Positions 63,658 to 64,000 of a DNA stretch of 64,000 nt are shown here, piece by piece. The notes beneath the pieces are model-generated. The model saw only the letters and a program-made list of their open reading frames with translations, made no database searches and was not told the DNA's origin. The stretch lies in the NCBI GenBank assembly GCA_951406725.2, contig OX597827.1, positions 23,622,001 through 23,686,000 on the forward strand. The letters run 5' to 3'. The translations under genes and the position numbers were made by a program. The stretch comes from Octopus vulgaris. Lineage: Eukaryota. Within the stretch, counting starts at the first letter, position 1, and each line of letters begins with the position of its first letter.

Positions 63658-64000
63658 AACAACAAACAAGATGAGAACACATGTCCATTCATTGTAAATA
63701 ATGTAAATAATGTGTTCTCATTTATTTCCTAATTTTATTCTTAGGCTCCACCGATAGTCCATTGATTGATCAATCTCGGTATTTCTATCTTTATTCATCT
63801 TTATTCATTGTCATCACTCATACATGTACACTACTGGCACAAGATATTACATGGCCATGTTGGTGGTAACTAAAGTGACATCCCCTGCCAGGTTAGTCGG
63901 GTAAGGAGAGGTGCTTTGCAATTACTTGGTTTCAGGACTACTGCTGCCACATGGCCATACTGGGGCACCACCTTGAAGGGTTTCAGTCGAACAAATCAAC

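Larger units (their letters stand above)
62611..63713. mobile_element. Head-to-head inverted dimer of family H, left arm split by a nested insertion
   Basis: Minus arm 62611-62781 + 63348-63480, plus arm 63494-63713; central IR aaggcactgcctggaattgaactc / gagttcaattccaggcagtgcctt. Confidence 0.8.

Overview
Repeat-saturated, AT-rich animal genomic DNA. The SINE, microsatellite and transposon make-up resembles coleoid cephalopod (Octopus-like) DNA; this is an inference from repeat style, not a database result. No complete protein-coding gene is evident, and almost all listed ORFs are microsatellite read-throughs. The window holds tRNA-derived SINE families (several with target-site duplications), a near full-length mariner plus two relics, GG..CC MITEs with 8-9 bp TSDs, non-autonomous Helitrons, LINE relics (CR1, L1/Tx1, RTE, I/Jockey-like), two Penelope-like coding relics, a 15-bp minisatellite, a ~660-bp polypyrimidine tract and one good orphan exon candidate (13867-13956, minus). 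The main observation is nine minimal type I hammerhead ribozyme motifs in five sequence families, each family with its own palindromic helix III. One family sits in a tRNA-headed, (TAA)n-linked short retroposon with a 10-bp TSD and Penelope-style inverted duplications: a candidate Pol III-driven, ribozyme-bearing SINE mobilised by Penelope-like elements. Boundaries of degraded repeats are approximate.
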